In this document: positions 41,500 to 50,742 of the stretch, in pieces | Layout: every line of letters starts with the position of its first letter | Position numbering within the stretch: the stretch's first letter is position 1 | Assembly (NCBI GenBank): GCA_016869645.1 | Contig: VGDO01000005.1 | Coordinates: 6,885 to 70,884, forward strand | Reading direction: 5' to 3' | Origin: Alphaproteobacteria bacterium | GTDB lineage: Bacteria; Pseudomonadota; Alphaproteobacteria; SHVW01 | DNA: 64,000 nucleotides | Position numbers and translations under genes: made by a program | Notes under the pieces: generated by a model | What the model saw: only the letters and a program-made list of their open reading frames with translations | What the model was told of the DNA's origin: nothing | Database searches by the model: none

Positions 41500-41518
41500 G
41501 CCGTGCGCCTCTCGAAAC

Positions 41519-43168
41519 TCATTCGCCTGCCATCACCCTGGCGCCGGCCACCGCTTTAGCTGCCTGGCGCGTGTCGATGCGGCCGGCGCGCAGATCGTCG
41601 AGCACCGCATGCGCCGTGTTGTGCCCGGGAATGCCCGAGACGTAGTTGCCGGGCCAGGTGCCGACGCCGCTCAGATAGAGGCCGCGCGTCGGCGTGCGGT
41701 AATCGTGCAGGCCGGGCAGGGGACGCATCCAGAACTGGTTCCACGGCGACATGTCGCCATGTGTGATGTTGGCCTCGCTGAGCCCGAGCTCCTGCTCGAT
41801 CTGCGTCGGGTCGTAGCAGCGATAGTCGTTGATGATGTTCGGCAGGTTGGTGATCCAGCGCGACGCCGCCTCGATGCAGCGCCGGGCCAGCTTGTCGCGC
41901 TCGGTGCGCCAGTCGCCGTCGCGCAGCTCATAGGGCGCGTTGCCGATGTTCATGCTGAGGATGTGCTTGCCCTTGGGCGCCAGCTCGGGCGCGGTGATGG
42001 TCGTGCACAGCCCCCAGATGACGGGCTTGACCGGCGCCCGGCCGATCAGCAGGTCGGTATGCGCCTCCTCGAGATAGTCGAGGGTCGGCGCGATGCGGAA
42101 CTGGGCGCCGGCCAGCGCCGCCGCCTCGGCATCGTCGGCGGCGGCCGCATAGCGCGGCATGGCGTCGAGGGCGAGGACGAGCTTGTAGGCCTTGCCCGAC
42201 ATGCGCCGGCGCGCCATGCGTGCCTTGAAGTCGCGCCACTCCGGTTCGTCGCCGATCAGGTCGAGCACGGTGATGTGCGGATTGGCGGCCGACACGACGA
42301 TCGGCGCATCGATCTCCTCGCCGGATGCCGTGACGACGCCGGTCACCGCGCCGCCGCGGATGCGGATATGCGCGACCGGACTGCCCGTGCGCAGCACGAC
42401 GCCGCGGCGCAGCGCGCTCGACGCCATGGAGTCGACGATGGCGCCCATGCCGCCCGCCGGCAGGCCGGTCGAGCCACGCAGCGGCATGCGCCTGGGGTCG
42501 TAACCGGCATCGGCCGCGACCGAGGCGAGAGACAGCGGCCGGATCAGCAGGTTCATCGCCGTGCCCGGCGTCGCCGGTGCCGCAATCGCGCCGATCGTGC
42601 TGATCGGGCCGAGCACGGCCTTGGTCTCGGGCGCCAGCTCGAACTCCTCGAACAGGTCGCGCACGCTGCCGAAGAAGATGCGCGAGAACGCCTCCTGGTC
42701 GGCGAGCGAGGTCAGGTTGCGCACCAGCTCCTGGAGCGTGGGCGGCGGCTTGAACAGCGACACGCCCAGCTTGTCGGCGAAATCCTGGACGTACTTGAAC
42801 AGAGCGTCGTAACGCGCGGACTCGCCCGGCGCGAAGGCGTCGAGCTGGGCTGACGTGCGTTCCTTCTCGCGCCAGGCAACGAACAGCCGGCCGTCTTCCA
42901 ACGGGTGAACGAGCGTCGGGTTCTGCGGGATGAAGCGCAGCCCGTGCCGTTCGAGCTCGAGATCGCGGGTAATCATCGGCTCGAGCGAGCCAGGCGAGTT
43001 CGGGAAGATGCCGAAATAGCCGGGCATGAACTCGCGCCGCCCGGCCGGGCCGCCCAGCATCTCGGCGCGCTCGACCACTGCGACCTTGAGGCCTGCGCCG
43101 GCCAGATAGCCGGCGCAGACCAGGCCATTGTGGCCGCCACCGACGACGATGGCGTCGAAGCTAGCCAT
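41519..43168 (-). CDS. Phytoene-desaturase-family (CrtI-like) NAD(P)/FAD-dependent oxidoreductase
   Basis: The dinucleotide-binding motif (FDAIVVGGGHNGLVCAGYLAGAGLKVAVVE) starts a ~549 aa amine-oxidase fold. Confidence 0.8.
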   Translation of the reverse strand: MASFDAIVVGGGHNGLVCAGYLAGAGLKVAVVERAEMLGGPAGRREFMPGYFGIFPNSPGSLEPMITRDLELERHGLRFIPQNPTLVHPLEDGRLFVAWREKERTSAQLDAFAPGESARYDALFKYVQDFADKLGVSLFKPPPTLQELVRNLTSLADQEAFSRIFFGSVRDLFEEFELAPETKAVLGPISTIGAIAAPATPGTAMNLLIRPLSLASVAADAGYDPRRMPLRGSTGLPAGGMGAIVDSMASSALRRGVVLRTGSPVAHIRIRGGAVTGVVTASGEEIDAPIVVSAANPHITVLDLIGDEPEWRDFKARMARRRMSGKAYKLVLALDAMPRYAAAADDAEAAALAGAQFRIAPTLDYLEEAHTDLLIGRAPVKPVIWGLCTTITAPELAPKGKHILSMNIGNAPYELRDGDWRTERDKLARRCIEAASRWITNLPNIINDYRCYDPTQIEQELGLSEANITHGDMSPWNQFWMRPLPGLHDYRTPTRGLYLSGVGTWPGNYVSGIPGHNTAHAVLDDLRAGRIDTRQAAKAVAGARVMAGE

Positions 43169-43204
43169 AGTTCCTCGAAACTGCTTTCTGCTGTTCGGCC
43201 GCCA

Positions 43205-44206
43205 TCACGGCACGAACTCGTTGGTGAAGTAGTCGTCGGACTTCTTGTCGCTCTTGATCTCGTCGACGCTCTTCAGCGCCGCGACCAGCTTCGACCACTC
43301 CTCCGGAGTCTGGCGGCCCCAATTGGGATCGTCAGGCGACTGGGACAGCTCCATCAGGCCCATGTAGTAGTCGACGCAGAATTCGACGGTGCCGGTCAGC
43401 AGCACCTTGGTCTTCATGAATTCGCACGACGCCTTCGGGTCCTTGATGGCGGCCTGGAAGCCGCGCTTGGTGGCGGCAAGGAACTTCTTGATCGCCTGCG
43501 GCTCCTTCTTGATGAACTCCTCGTTAGCGGCGAAGCCGAAGCCGAGCAGCGGCACGCCGTAGTCCGACAGCAGGAACATCGACGGCTCCTTGCCGGCACC
43601 CCTGAGAATGGCCGCGAAGGCATGGCTGTCCCCGCTGACCGCATCGACCGCGCCGGTCAGCACGGCGGCGCGCTTGGCGGCCCCGTCGAGGCCGACGACG
43701 GTGAAGGCGCCCTCGGGAATGTTGTTGATCTTCTTGAAGATCGCCAGGCTCAGCGCATCGGAGCCGCCCGGCGTGCTGCCGATCTTGAGGCCCTTCAGCG
43801 ACTCCGCACCCTTGAGGGTGTGCTTCTCCTTCATCGCGGCAAACGAGGCGGACGATCTGTGCTGATAGACCGCGATCGACTTGAGCGGGACGCCCTTGCC
43901 GATCGCCTGGGCGACATTGGTGCTGTTGATGTGGCCGATGTCGAAATTGCCCTGACCGACCACGATCGCCGTGGTCGCCGAGCCGCGGCCCTGTTCGATC
44001 TTCACCTCGAGGCCGGCCTCGCGATAGAAGCCGCGGTCCTCGGCGGTCAGGAAAATCGTGTGATAGGGAATCCACGCCCAATCGAGCAGGAAGTTGATCT
44101 TCTGCGCTTGGGCGGGTGTGGCGACGAGCGCGGCTGCAATGCCGGCCGCTGCGAGCAAGGCGCGGCGCGTCCGCACCTCGAAACGAATCTTTGTCATGAC
44201 GTTCAC
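43205..44206 (-). CDS. ABC transporter substrate-binding protein, NitT/TauT (NMT1/SsuA-like) family
   Basis: Signal peptide (RRALLAAAGIAAALVATPAQA) and an NMT1-like body. Confidence 0.8.
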   Translation of the reverse strand: MNVMTKIRFEVRTRRALLAAAGIAAALVATPAQAQKINFLLDWAWIPYHTIFLTAEDRGFYREAGLEVKIEQGRGSATTAIVVGQGNFDIGHINSTNVAQAIGKGVPLKSIAVYQHRSSASFAAMKEKHTLKGAESLKGLKIGSTPGGSDALSLAIFKKINNIPEGAFTVVGLDGAAKRAAVLTGAVDAVSGDSHAFAAILRGAGKEPSMFLLSDYGVPLLGFGFAANEEFIKKEPQAIKKFLAATKRGFQAAIKDPKASCEFMKTKVLLTGTVEFCVDYYMGLMELSQSPDDPNWGRQTPEEWSKLVAALKSVDEIKSDKKSDDYFTNEFVP

Positions 44207-44225
44207 TCCTCCCTCGGTTATCCCG

Positions 44226-45092
44226 TCAAAGACCCAGCACCGATCCGCGCTGACTTGCGTGCCAGGGGATAGTCCATCGCTCGATCGCCTCGGTGAGATA
44301 CCAGATGGCGATGCCGAACACCGCCATCACGAACACGGCCGCGAAGGCCAACGGCGTCTCGAGGCCGCCGATCGCTTGGATCAGCAGATGACCGAGCCCC
44401 TGGTTGGCCGCGACGAACTCGCCGATCACCGCGCCGACCGGCGCCAGCGTCGCGGAGATCTTGATGCCCGCGAAGATGCTCGGGAGCGCGTTGGGAATCC
44501 TGATCTTCCACAGCATCTGGAAGCGCTCGGCACCCATCGAGCGCACCAGCAGCAGCAGGTCGGGATCGGCTGACTTGAGCCCGGTCACCGTGTTGACCAC
44601 GATCGGAAAGACCGTGAACACGATGACGAAGATGATCTCGCTGGTCATGCCGAAGCCGATCCAAACGATGAAGAGCGGCGCCACGACGGCCTTGGGAATG
44701 GCGTGCCAGATGACCAGCCAGGGATAGAGCGTGCGATCGACGAAGCGGGACGCCGTGATCGCCGCGCCCGCGACGACGCCGCCGACCAGGGCGATGGCGA
44801 ACCCGACACCGGCCGCAAAGGCTGTGATGCCGAGCTGCTTCAAGAGCATCGGCAGGTAGAGCCAGGTCTCGGCCAGCACGTGGGTCGGCGCCGGCAGCAG
44901 ATAAGGCGGCATCTTCAGGATGCGCACGACCGCCTCCCAGATCGCCAGGCCGAGCACGCCGCTCGCCAGCGGGTAGAAAACCGCCACCCGGTCGGCGCGC
45001 GCCTGGGCGCGGCGCCGTGCCGCCAACGCCGGCGAGAACGCAGAGGGCTGCTCGCCGGCCTTGATCTCGGCCTTGATCTCCTGCGCAGTCAT
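44226..45092 (-). CDS. ABC transporter permease, NitT/TauT family
   Basis: BPD-transporter fold with the EAA loop region ...SMGAERFQMLWKIRIPNALP. Confidence 0.85.
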   Translation of the reverse strand: MTAQEIKAEIKAGEQPSAFSPALAARRRAQARADRVAVFYPLASGVLGLAIWEAVVRILKMPPYLLPAPTHVLAETWLYLPMLLKQLGITAFAAGVGFAIALVGGVVAGAAITASRFVDRTLYPWLVIWHAIPKAVVAPLFIVWIGFGMTSEIIFVIVFTVFPIVVNTVTGLKSADPDLLLLVRSMGAERFQMLWKIRIPNALPSIFAGIKISATLAPVGAVIGEFVAANQGLGHLLIQAIGGLETPLAFAAVFVMAVFGIAIWYLTEAIERWTIPWHASQRGSVLGL

Positions 45093-45859
45093 CCCACGAG
45101 TATCCCCGTGCGCTCGAAATGAATCCGGATGCGGCCGGCGATCGCGGCGAACTCCGGGGCCTCGCGCAGGCTCAACCGACGCGGCCGCGCGAAGGGCACG
45201 ACGATCTCGTCGAGCGTCCGCCCCGGCCGACCCGACATGACGATCACCCGGTCGGCGAGGAACACCGCCTCCTGAATGCTATGGGTGATCAGCAGCGTGG
45301 TCACGCCTTCGTGGATCTGCACCTGCTGGAGGATCACGTTCATCTGGTCGCGGGTCAGCGCGTCGAGGGCGCTGAACGGCTCGTCGAGAAAGAGCATCGA
45401 AGGCTTGCACAGCAGCGCACGCGCGATCGCGACGCGCTGGCGCATGCCGCCGGACAGCTCCCAGGGATAGCGGAGGGCGAAATCAGCAACGCCCAGCTCG
45501 GCGAGCAACTGCATGGCGCGCGTGCGCGCCGCGGAAAGGTCCATGCGGCGCAGCTCGGCCGGCAGCAGGACGTTGTCGATCACGCTGCGCCAATCGAGCA
45601 GCAGATCGCGTTGGAAGACGATGCCGACATCGCCGATCGGCGAACTGACCAGCTGGCCGGCGACCGTGACCGTGCCGGCGGTCGCCGAGTCCAGTCCGGC
45701 GATGACGCGCAACAGCGTACTCTTGCCGCAGCCGCTCGGGCCGACGACGGAGACGGTCTCACCCTTGGCGATGCCGAACGAGATGGGGCCCAGCGCGTCG
45801 ACATCGGCCTGCGTGCCGCCATAGACCTTGCGCACGTCCTGGAGAAGCACCGTCGTCAC
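45089..45859 (-). CDS. ABC transporter ATP-binding protein, NitT/TauT family
   Basis: GPSGCGKSTLLR, LSGGMRQRVAIARAL and LFLDEPFSALD are present. ATGA overlap with the permease start. Confidence 0.9.
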   Translation of the reverse strand: MTTVLLQDVRKVYGGTQADVDALGPISFGIAKGETVSVVGPSGCGKSTLLRVIAGLDSATAGTVTVAGQLVSSPIGDVGIVFQRDLLLDWRSVIDNVLLPAELRRMDLSAARTRAMQLLAELGVADFALRYPWELSGGMRQRVAIARALLCKPSMLFLDEPFSALDALTRDQMNVILQQVQIHEGVTTLLITHSIQEAVFLADRVIVMSGRPGRTLDEIVVPFARPRRLSLREAPEFAAIAGRIRIHFERTGILVG

Positions 45860-45898
45860 GCAACGTCTCCCCGCGCTTTGCGCCCTGGGCTCGTGAAC

Positions 45899-46960
45899 TC
45901 AGGACGCGGCGGCGGCAGGCTTGCTGCCGGCGGGCTTTGCCGCGGCGGCCGGCACGAAGCCTTCGCGGAACATGCGCAGCCAGTTGCCGCCCATCAGCTT
46001 GGCGACGTCGTCGGCCGAGTAGCGCTTGGACAGCGCGTCCACGATGTTCTGGAAGTGCGCCGGAGAGCTGAACCAGCTCTGCCAACCCTCGTGCGGCGCA
46101 ATCTTCATCTGCTCGGCGGGAGCCTTCTCGCGCGACCAGCGCGCGTAGCGCCACCAGGTGCGGATGCTGGGCGGATGTCCTGGGCAGTAGTCCGTGCCCA
46201 TGCCGACCGCGTCGATGCCGATCTGGTCGACCGTCCACGCGACCATGTCGACGAAATCCTCCGGCTTGATCGCCGCACCGCCCCTGACCATGTTGCGGTT
46301 CGGGCTGAGGCCGATCACGCCCTTGCGCGCGGCCAGCGCCTTGATCGCCTCGGTCGTCTTCAGGCGGTTGGCGCCGAAGGTCGGACTGCCGACGAACTCG
46401 CGCGGGTTGGCGTGGGTGATCGACACCGGCCGCGCCGACATCTCGATCGCGTCGAGCGTCGTGCGCTCGCCGCAATGCGACAGGTCGATCAGGATGCCGA
46501 CCCGGTTCATCTCCTCGATCGCCGTCTTGCCGAAGCGCGAGGAAACGCCGGTGTCCTTCGCCTCCCAATAGCCGCAGCCGATGTAGTTCTGCAGATTGTA
46601 GGTGAGCTGCATGATGCACACGCCGAGGTCTCGGAACGCGCCGAACAGCTCGATATCGTGCTCGACGGGCGCCGTGTTCTGGAAGCCGAACACGACGGCG
46701 GTGCGGCCGCTGGCAGCAATGCGCTCGATGTCGGCTGCCGAGGTGGCGAGTTCGACGAGGTCCGCGTTCTCCAGCAGCACGCGGCGGTACTTGCCGATGT
46801 AGGACTGCGTTTCGGTCGCGTTTTCCCAGATTGCCAGCGTGATGTGCACGCAGCCGACGCCGCCCGCCTTCCACTCCTCGAACCAGCGCCGCTCGGGTGT
46901 CGGGATCTGCAGGGCGTCGATGATTAGGGGTCGCTGAAAACCGCGTCGCACGTCGCTCAT
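45899..46960 (-). CDS. Membrane dipeptidase (peptidase family M19)
   Basis: Start re-called at the M of MSDVRRGFQRPLIIDALQ.... The M19 signature and the ~353 aa length fit. Confidence 0.85.
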   Translation of the reverse strand: MSDVRRGFQRPLIIDALQIPTPERRWFEEWKAGGVGCVHITLAIWENATETQSYIGKYRRVLLENADLVELATSAADIERIAASGRTAVVFGFQNTAPVEHDIELFGAFRDLGVCIMQLTYNLQNYIGCGYWEAKDTGVSSRFGKTAIEEMNRVGILIDLSHCGERTTLDAIEMSARPVSITHANPREFVGSPTFGANRLKTTEAIKALAARKGVIGLSPNRNMVRGGAAIKPEDFVDMVAWTVDQIGIDAVGMGTDYCPGHPPSIRTWWRYARWSREKAPAEQMKIAPHEGWQSWFSSPAHFQNIVDALSKRYSADDVAKLMGGNWLRMFREGFVPAAAAKPAGSKPAAAAS

Positions 46961-47029
46961 GTGCCGCTCCTCGAATGCCGGGAGTCCCTGCGTGCGGTCA
47001 GTGCCCGAGCGCCCGCTGCAGCTCCCGTT

Positions 47030-47054
47030 GGTAACGATTTCAGTTATCGTTACC
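47030..47054. promoter_or_regulatory. Perfect 9-bp inverted repeat GGTAACGAT-N7-ATCGTTACC in the leader of the dipeptidase operon (candidate LacI operator)
   Basis: The palindrome lies ~70-95 nt upstream of the re-called dipeptidase start, in the divergent region shared with the PhtD-like gene. The operon ends with the LacI-family regulator gene. Confidence 0.45.
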
Positions 47055-47247
47055 ATTCAAGCATAGAAGGGGTATTTGAGCGAGTCAAACGGGGGTCAAG
47101 ACCGTGCGAACCACCGAAGCCGAACAGCGATGCGGCTGTCCCGGAGCCGGTCCCCAGAGGACCGGCGCTTTTCCGTTTTGGTGTAGGATCGCGCACATCG
47201 AATGTCGGTGCGCCCGCTCGTGCGCACGCCGCGCTCGGGAGTCGCGA

Positions 47248-48264
47248 ATGCCAGCCAGCCAATCGTCACCGCTCGCCGCCGGCGGAAAGCTGCCGCTCAG
47301 GATCGCGCTCGGCAACTATGGCCATACCGCGGCATTGAAGAACGGCAGCATTCCGATCGAAGGCATGGCCGCGGACTTCGTCGAGGTTGGCAACGTCATC
47401 TCCGCCTTCCGGCGCATGGTGCGCGATCTCGAGTTCGACGCTTGCGAGATGGCGCCGACGACGTATTTCATTGCGCGCGCCGGCGGCGCGCCGTTCATCG
47501 CGTTGCCGACCTTCATCATGCGGCGCTTCCATCATGGCTTCATCGCGTGCCGCGCCGATGCCGGCATCGCCGGTCCGAAGGACCTGGAAGGCCGGCGCGT
47601 CGGCGTGCGCGCCTACACCGTGACCACCGGCGTGTGGATGCGCGGCATTCTCGCCAGTGAATACGGCGTCGACTTGTCCAAGGTCACCTGGGTGGTCGAT
47701 GACGAGGAGCATGTGACGACGCTCCGGCTTCCGTCCAACGTGCAGCGCGCGCCCGACGGCAAGTCGCTCGCCGGCATGATGGCGGCGGGCGAGCTCGACG
47801 CGGCGTTCACCGGCCCCGCCGGCATCGGTCGGGCCGGGCCGCCGGTCAGCAGCTGGGAGCAGGGCGCGGCGGTTCGCCCGACGACTTACCCGCCGCTCTT
47901 CCCCGACGCAGCCGAGCGCGATGCCGCGTGGTTCCGCAAGACCCGGATCTATCCGATTCACGGTCTCGTCGTGATCAAGGAGTCGGTGCTGGCGGACAAT
48001 CCCTGGCTCGCGCAAGCGCTGTACGCGGGGTTCGTCGAGGCGAAGCGACGCTATGTCGAGCGCCTGCATGCCGGGGTGGGCGACGGCGCCGATGACCGCC
48101 ACTACCGGGAACTGTCCCGTGTCGTGGGCGACCCGCTGCCCTATGGGATTGCCGAGAACCGCCCGGCGATCGATGCGCTGATCGACTACACGGTGGAGCA
48201 GGGTCTGATGCCCGCCCGGTTGCCGATCGGGCGCCTGTTCGTCGATCCGACGATGAAGCCGTGA
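47248..48264 (+). CDS. 4,5-dihydroxyphthalate decarboxylase-like protein (PBP-fold, no signal peptide)
   Basis: Start at ATG 47248 (GGGAG RBS). LRIALGNYGHT...FRRMVRDLEFDACEMAPTTY...GRRVGVRAYTVTTGVWMRGILASEYGVDL matches the PhtD family. Confidence 0.7.
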   Translation: MPASQSSPLAAGGKLPLRIALGNYGHTAALKNGSIPIEGMAADFVEVGNVISAFRRMVRDLEFDACEMAPTTYFIARAGGAPFIALPTFIMRRFHHGFIACRADAGIAGPKDLEGRRVGVRAYTVTTGVWMRGILASEYGVDLSKVTWVVDDEEHVTTLRLPSNVQRAPDGKSLAGMMAAGELDAAFTGPAGIGRAGPPVSSWEQGAAVRPTTYPPLFPDAAERDAAWFRKTRIYPIHGLVVIKESVLADNPWLAQALYAGFVEAKRRYVERLHAGVGDGADDRHYRELSRVVGDPLPYGIAENRPAIDALIDYTVEQGLMPARLPIGRLFVDPTMKP

Positions 48265-49133
48265 GTGCCGCCGTGACCGCGCTGCGCATCGTGGTCGGCG
48301 ACTATCCCCATGTCATGCCCCTCAAGCGTGGCGAGATCGCGGATGCGAGCATCGGCTTCGAATTTTTCGACCTCGCCACGCCGCGCGCCTTCACGCGGAT
48401 GATCGAGGAACAGGCCTTCGATTTCTGCGAAATGCCGATCGTGACCTACCTGCAGGCCAAGGCGGGGGGCGCGCCGCTGTCGTTGCTTCCGGCGACCATG
48501 CTGGCGCGCCTGCAGCACGGCCAGATCGTCTACGATTCGGGGCACGGCACGCTCGGTCCGGCCGACTTGGGTGGCAGACGCGTCGGCGTCCGCTCGTGGT
48601 CACGCACGACCGGCGTCTGGGTGAGGGGGATTCTCGCCAGCGACTATGGCGTCGATCTCGACCGCGTCCGCTGGCTCACGGTCGAGGCCGCCCATGTCGC
48701 CGGTGCAACCGACCCGACCGAGCGGGTCAAGGGCGACAAGCCCCTGATGCGCATGCTGCTCGATGGCGAGCTCGACGCGGTCATCGGCGAGCCGGCGACC
48801 GACCCGCGCGTCCGGACCCTGATCGCGGAGCCGGACATCGCGGCCCGCGCCTGGTGCCGAAAGCATGGCGCGGTGCCGATCAACCACGTGGTCGTGGTTC
48901 GCAGCACGCTGACCCAGTCGAGCCCCGCGGCAGTTCGATCGGTCTATCGGCTCCTGTTGCGGGGCAAGCAGGCCGCCGCCGACACAACCGATGGTGTCGA
49001 TCTTCGGCCATTCGGTTGCGCCGCCATTCGTCCGTCGCTCGAGTTGATCGCCGGCTATGCCGCCGCTCAGCGCCTCGTGCCGCGCCGCCTCGCGGTCGAC
49101 GAACTCTATGATGACGTGACCGGCGGGTTTTGA
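48261..49133 (+). CDS. Tandem paralog of the preceding PhtD-like protein
   Basis: GTG 48261 forms a GTGA overlap with the preceding stop. Conserved blocks FDFCEMPIVTY and GRRVGVRSWSRTTGVWVRGILASDYGVDL are shared with the upstream copy. Confidence 0.7.
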   Translation: MSAAVTALRIVVGDYPHVMPLKRGEIADASIGFEFFDLATPRAFTRMIEEQAFDFCEMPIVTYLQAKAGGAPLSLLPATMLARLQHGQIVYDSGHGTLGPADLGGRRVGVRSWSRTTGVWVRGILASDYGVDLDRVRWLTVEAAHVAGATDPTERVKGDKPLMRMLLDGELDAVIGEPATDPRVRTLIAEPDIAARAWCRKHGAVPINHVVVVRSTLTQSSPAAVRSVYRLLLRGKQAAADTTDGVDLRPFGCAAIRPSLELIAGYAAAQRLVPRRLAVDELYDDVTGGF

Positions 49134-49197
49134 GCGCCGCCCGGGCAGAGATTGCTGCCGGTTGTCGTGTCGGGCTGGCCGGGTCTACCATGGCGTC

Positions 49198-49692
49198 ATG
49201 ATCGATATGACACTCCGCTCGTCGACTCCGTCGGCCGAGTTGTCCCGCCGCAATTTCGCAACAGGCCTCTTGGCCGGCGGCGTGCTGCTGGCCTGTCCCG
49301 GCGGCGGCGCCCATGCGCAGGCGCAGGTGCGCGCCCGCGTGTTCCGGACGCCGGGCTGCAGTTGCTGCATGGGCTGGGTGCGCCACCTGCAGGCCAACAA
49401 ATTCACCGCCGAGGTCATCAATCAGGACGACCTGAGCCCGACCAAGACCCGGCTCGGCGTGCCGCGCGACCTCGAGTCCTGTCACAGCGCGGAGATCGAC
49501 GGCTACGTGGTCGAGGGCCATGTGCCGGCGCCCGCGATCAGGACCTTGCTGGCGCTTCGTCCGGCCTTCGTCGGCCTCGCCGTGCCGGGCATGCCGATCG
49601 GCTCGCCCGGCATGGAAGGGCCCAATCCCGAACGCTATGACGTGATAGCCTGGCGCCCGGACGGCAGCCGTTCCGTCTTCATGCGGTTTTAG
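49198..49692 (+). CDS. DUF411 (CopG-like) metal-binding protein
   Basis: A Tat-like signal (SRRNFATGLLAGGVLLA) and the C-x-CC motif (PGCSCCMGW) are followed by the conserved ...GYVVEGHVPA...LAVPGMPIGSPGME tail. Confidence 0.8.
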   Translation: MIDMTLRSSTPSAELSRRNFATGLLAGGVLLACPGGGAHAQAQVRARVFRTPGCSCCMGWVRHLQANKFTAEVINQDDLSPTKTRLGVPRDLESCHSAEIDGYVVEGHVPAPAIRTLLALRPAFVGLAVPGMPIGSPGMEGPNPERYDVIAWRPDGSRSVFMRF

Positions 49693-49694
49693 GC

Positions 49695-50735
49695 GTGCCG
49701 GTCAACAAGCCCCTGCCGACCACGCTGGTGGGCAGCTATCCGCAGCCCGATTGGTTGATCGACCGCAAGAAGCTCGCCGGCCGCTTCCCGCCGCGCGTGC
49801 GCGCGCGCGAGCTGTGGCGGGTCGCCGACGAATGGCTCGAGCAGGCGCAGGACGATGCGACCCTGCTCGCCATCCATGACCAGGAACGGGCCGGTCTCGA
49901 CATCATCACCGACGGCGAGATGCGCCGGGAGAGCTACTCCAACCGGTTCGCCACCGCGCTCGACGGCGTCGACATCGACAATCCCGGCACTGCGCTCGAC
50001 CGCAGCGGCCACCCCAATCCGGTGCCGCGCGTGGTCGGCCGGATCAGGCGCCGGCACCCGGTCGAGGTGCGCGACGTCAAATTCCTGCGCGCCAACACCG
50101 ATCGCCCGATCAAGATCACCGTTCCGGGGCCCTTCACCATGTCCCAGCAGGCGCAGGACGATTACTACAAGGACGAGGTGGCGCTCGCCATGGACTATGC
50201 CGCCGCGGTCAACGAGGAGATCAAGGATCTGTTCGCCGCCGGCGCCGACGTCGTGCAGGTCGACGAGCCCTATATGCAGGCGCGCGCCGAGAAGGCCAAG
50301 AGATTCGGTCCCCAGGCGCTCGACCGCGCGCTCGAGGGGGTGACCGGCACGACGGCGGTTCATATCTGCTTCGGCTATGCTGCCATCATCCACCAGCGCC
50401 CGTCCGGTTACTCTTTTCTGCCCGAGTTCGAGACGACCAAGATCGACCAGATCTCGATCGAGACCGCGCAGGCCAACCTCGACTGCTCGATCCTGGCCAA
50501 GCTGCCGAGCAAGACCATCCTGCTTGGCGTGCTCGATCTCTCCGACATGAACATCGAGACGCCCGAGACGGTGGCGAAGCGCATCCGTCGCGCACTGCCG
50601 CACATCGCGCCCGAGCGCATCGTGGTGGCGCCCGATTGCGGTCTCAAATACCTGCCGCGCGATGTCGCCCGGGGCAAGATGAAGGCCATGGTCGACGGCG
50701 CGGCGATCGTGCGCCGCGAGCTGGCGACGGGATGA
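49695..50735 (+). CDS. Cobalamin-independent methionine synthase (MetE C-terminal domain)-like protein
   Basis: GTG start. LPTTLVGSYPQPDWL...DGEMRR...VQVDEP...HICFGY matches the UroD/MetE-like methyltransferase fold. Confidence 0.8.
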   Translation: MPVNKPLPTTLVGSYPQPDWLIDRKKLAGRFPPRVRARELWRVADEWLEQAQDDATLLAIHDQERAGLDIITDGEMRRESYSNRFATALDGVDIDNPGTALDRSGHPNPVPRVVGRIRRRHPVEVRDVKFLRANTDRPIKITVPGPFTMSQQAQDDYYKDEVALAMDYAAAVNEEIKDLFAAGADVVQVDEPYMQARAEKAKRFGPQALDRALEGVTGTTAVHICFGYAAIIHQRPSGYSFLPEFETTKIDQISIETAQANLDCSILAKLPSKTILLGVLDLSDMNIETPETVAKRIRRALPHIAPERIVVAPDCGLKYLPRDVARGKMKAMVDGAAIVRRELATG

Positions 50736-50742
50736 CGGCGGC

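Noticed and set aside
45119-46927. 602-aa ORF on the + strand
   Set aside because: It is antisense to the NitT/TauT ATPase and the M19 dipeptidase. It has no motifs.
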